Assembly (NCBI GenBank): GCA_051362555.1
Contig: CM120647.1
Location: 7,750,001 to 7,814,000 of the forward strand
DNA: 64,000 nucleotides
Reading direction: 5' to 3'
DNA from: Lingula anatina
Lineage: Eukaryota > Animalia > Brachiopoda
Notes under the pieces: generated by a model
Seen by the model: the letters and a program-made list of their open reading frames with translations, nothing else
Databases searched by the model: none
Told to the model about the DNA's origin: nothing
Part shown: positions 63,655 to 64,000 of the stretch, one piece after another
Position numbering within the stretch: the stretch's first letter is position 1
How the letters are laid out: each line of letters starts with the position of its first letter
Position numbers and translations under genes: made by a program

Positions 63655-64000
63655 GCAACCGGCACTTATAAGTTGCATTGTATCCTCTTCCAAGATCACA
63701 GATTGATTTTTCACTAGATATTCGCAGATATGCCACTAGCTTTTTGGCACGTTTTTTGCATTGCACGCGTCACAATAAAAAAAAAGCACATAATTAATCT
63801 GCGGCACTGGTATATGATAAAATTTAAGTGGGTTACAGATCATACACAGCTATGTATCTTTGATATAAGAAACACAAACAGAGGCAGTAATTCGACTACC
63901 TCTCATTCCGACATTGTGTGTATCAAAATCATAACCGTGGTTCTATACTTCTACTATTACTACTACTATTACTACTATTACTACAACTACTACTACTAAT

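Overview
Eukaryotic, AT-rich, intron-containing DNA, most likely from a marine invertebrate animal; I found no prokaryotic operons, rRNA, tRNA or CRISPR arrays. Six genes can be assembled from GT-AG splice sites with matching phases: (1) a 5-TM membrane protein with a glycosylated ectodomain and GPI-like tail (-, 3019-5465); (2) a two-exon stand-alone GIY-YIG protein of the plant EFFECTOR OF TRANSCRIPTION type (+, 20874-22106); (3) an SLC16/MCT-like MFS transporter (-, 27622-31420); (4) a CARD-NB-ARC-TPR STAND receptor (-, 39913-45921) followed by a frameshifted TPR tail; (5) a short-chain collagen C4-like gene with a 13-nt micro-exon (-, 52440-54892); (6) an intronless TRPV-like channel (+, 57277-59346). 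Positions 5733-14467 hold a four-level nest of DNA transposons rooted in a PIF/Harbinger element that appears to split the 5' UTR exon of gene 1. Many MITEs are scattered through the window (Harbinger, hAT-like with 5-6 bp TSD, Kolobok, Helentron-like), along with TACATGTA footprints. All family assignments come from motif recognition by eye; no database searches were run.
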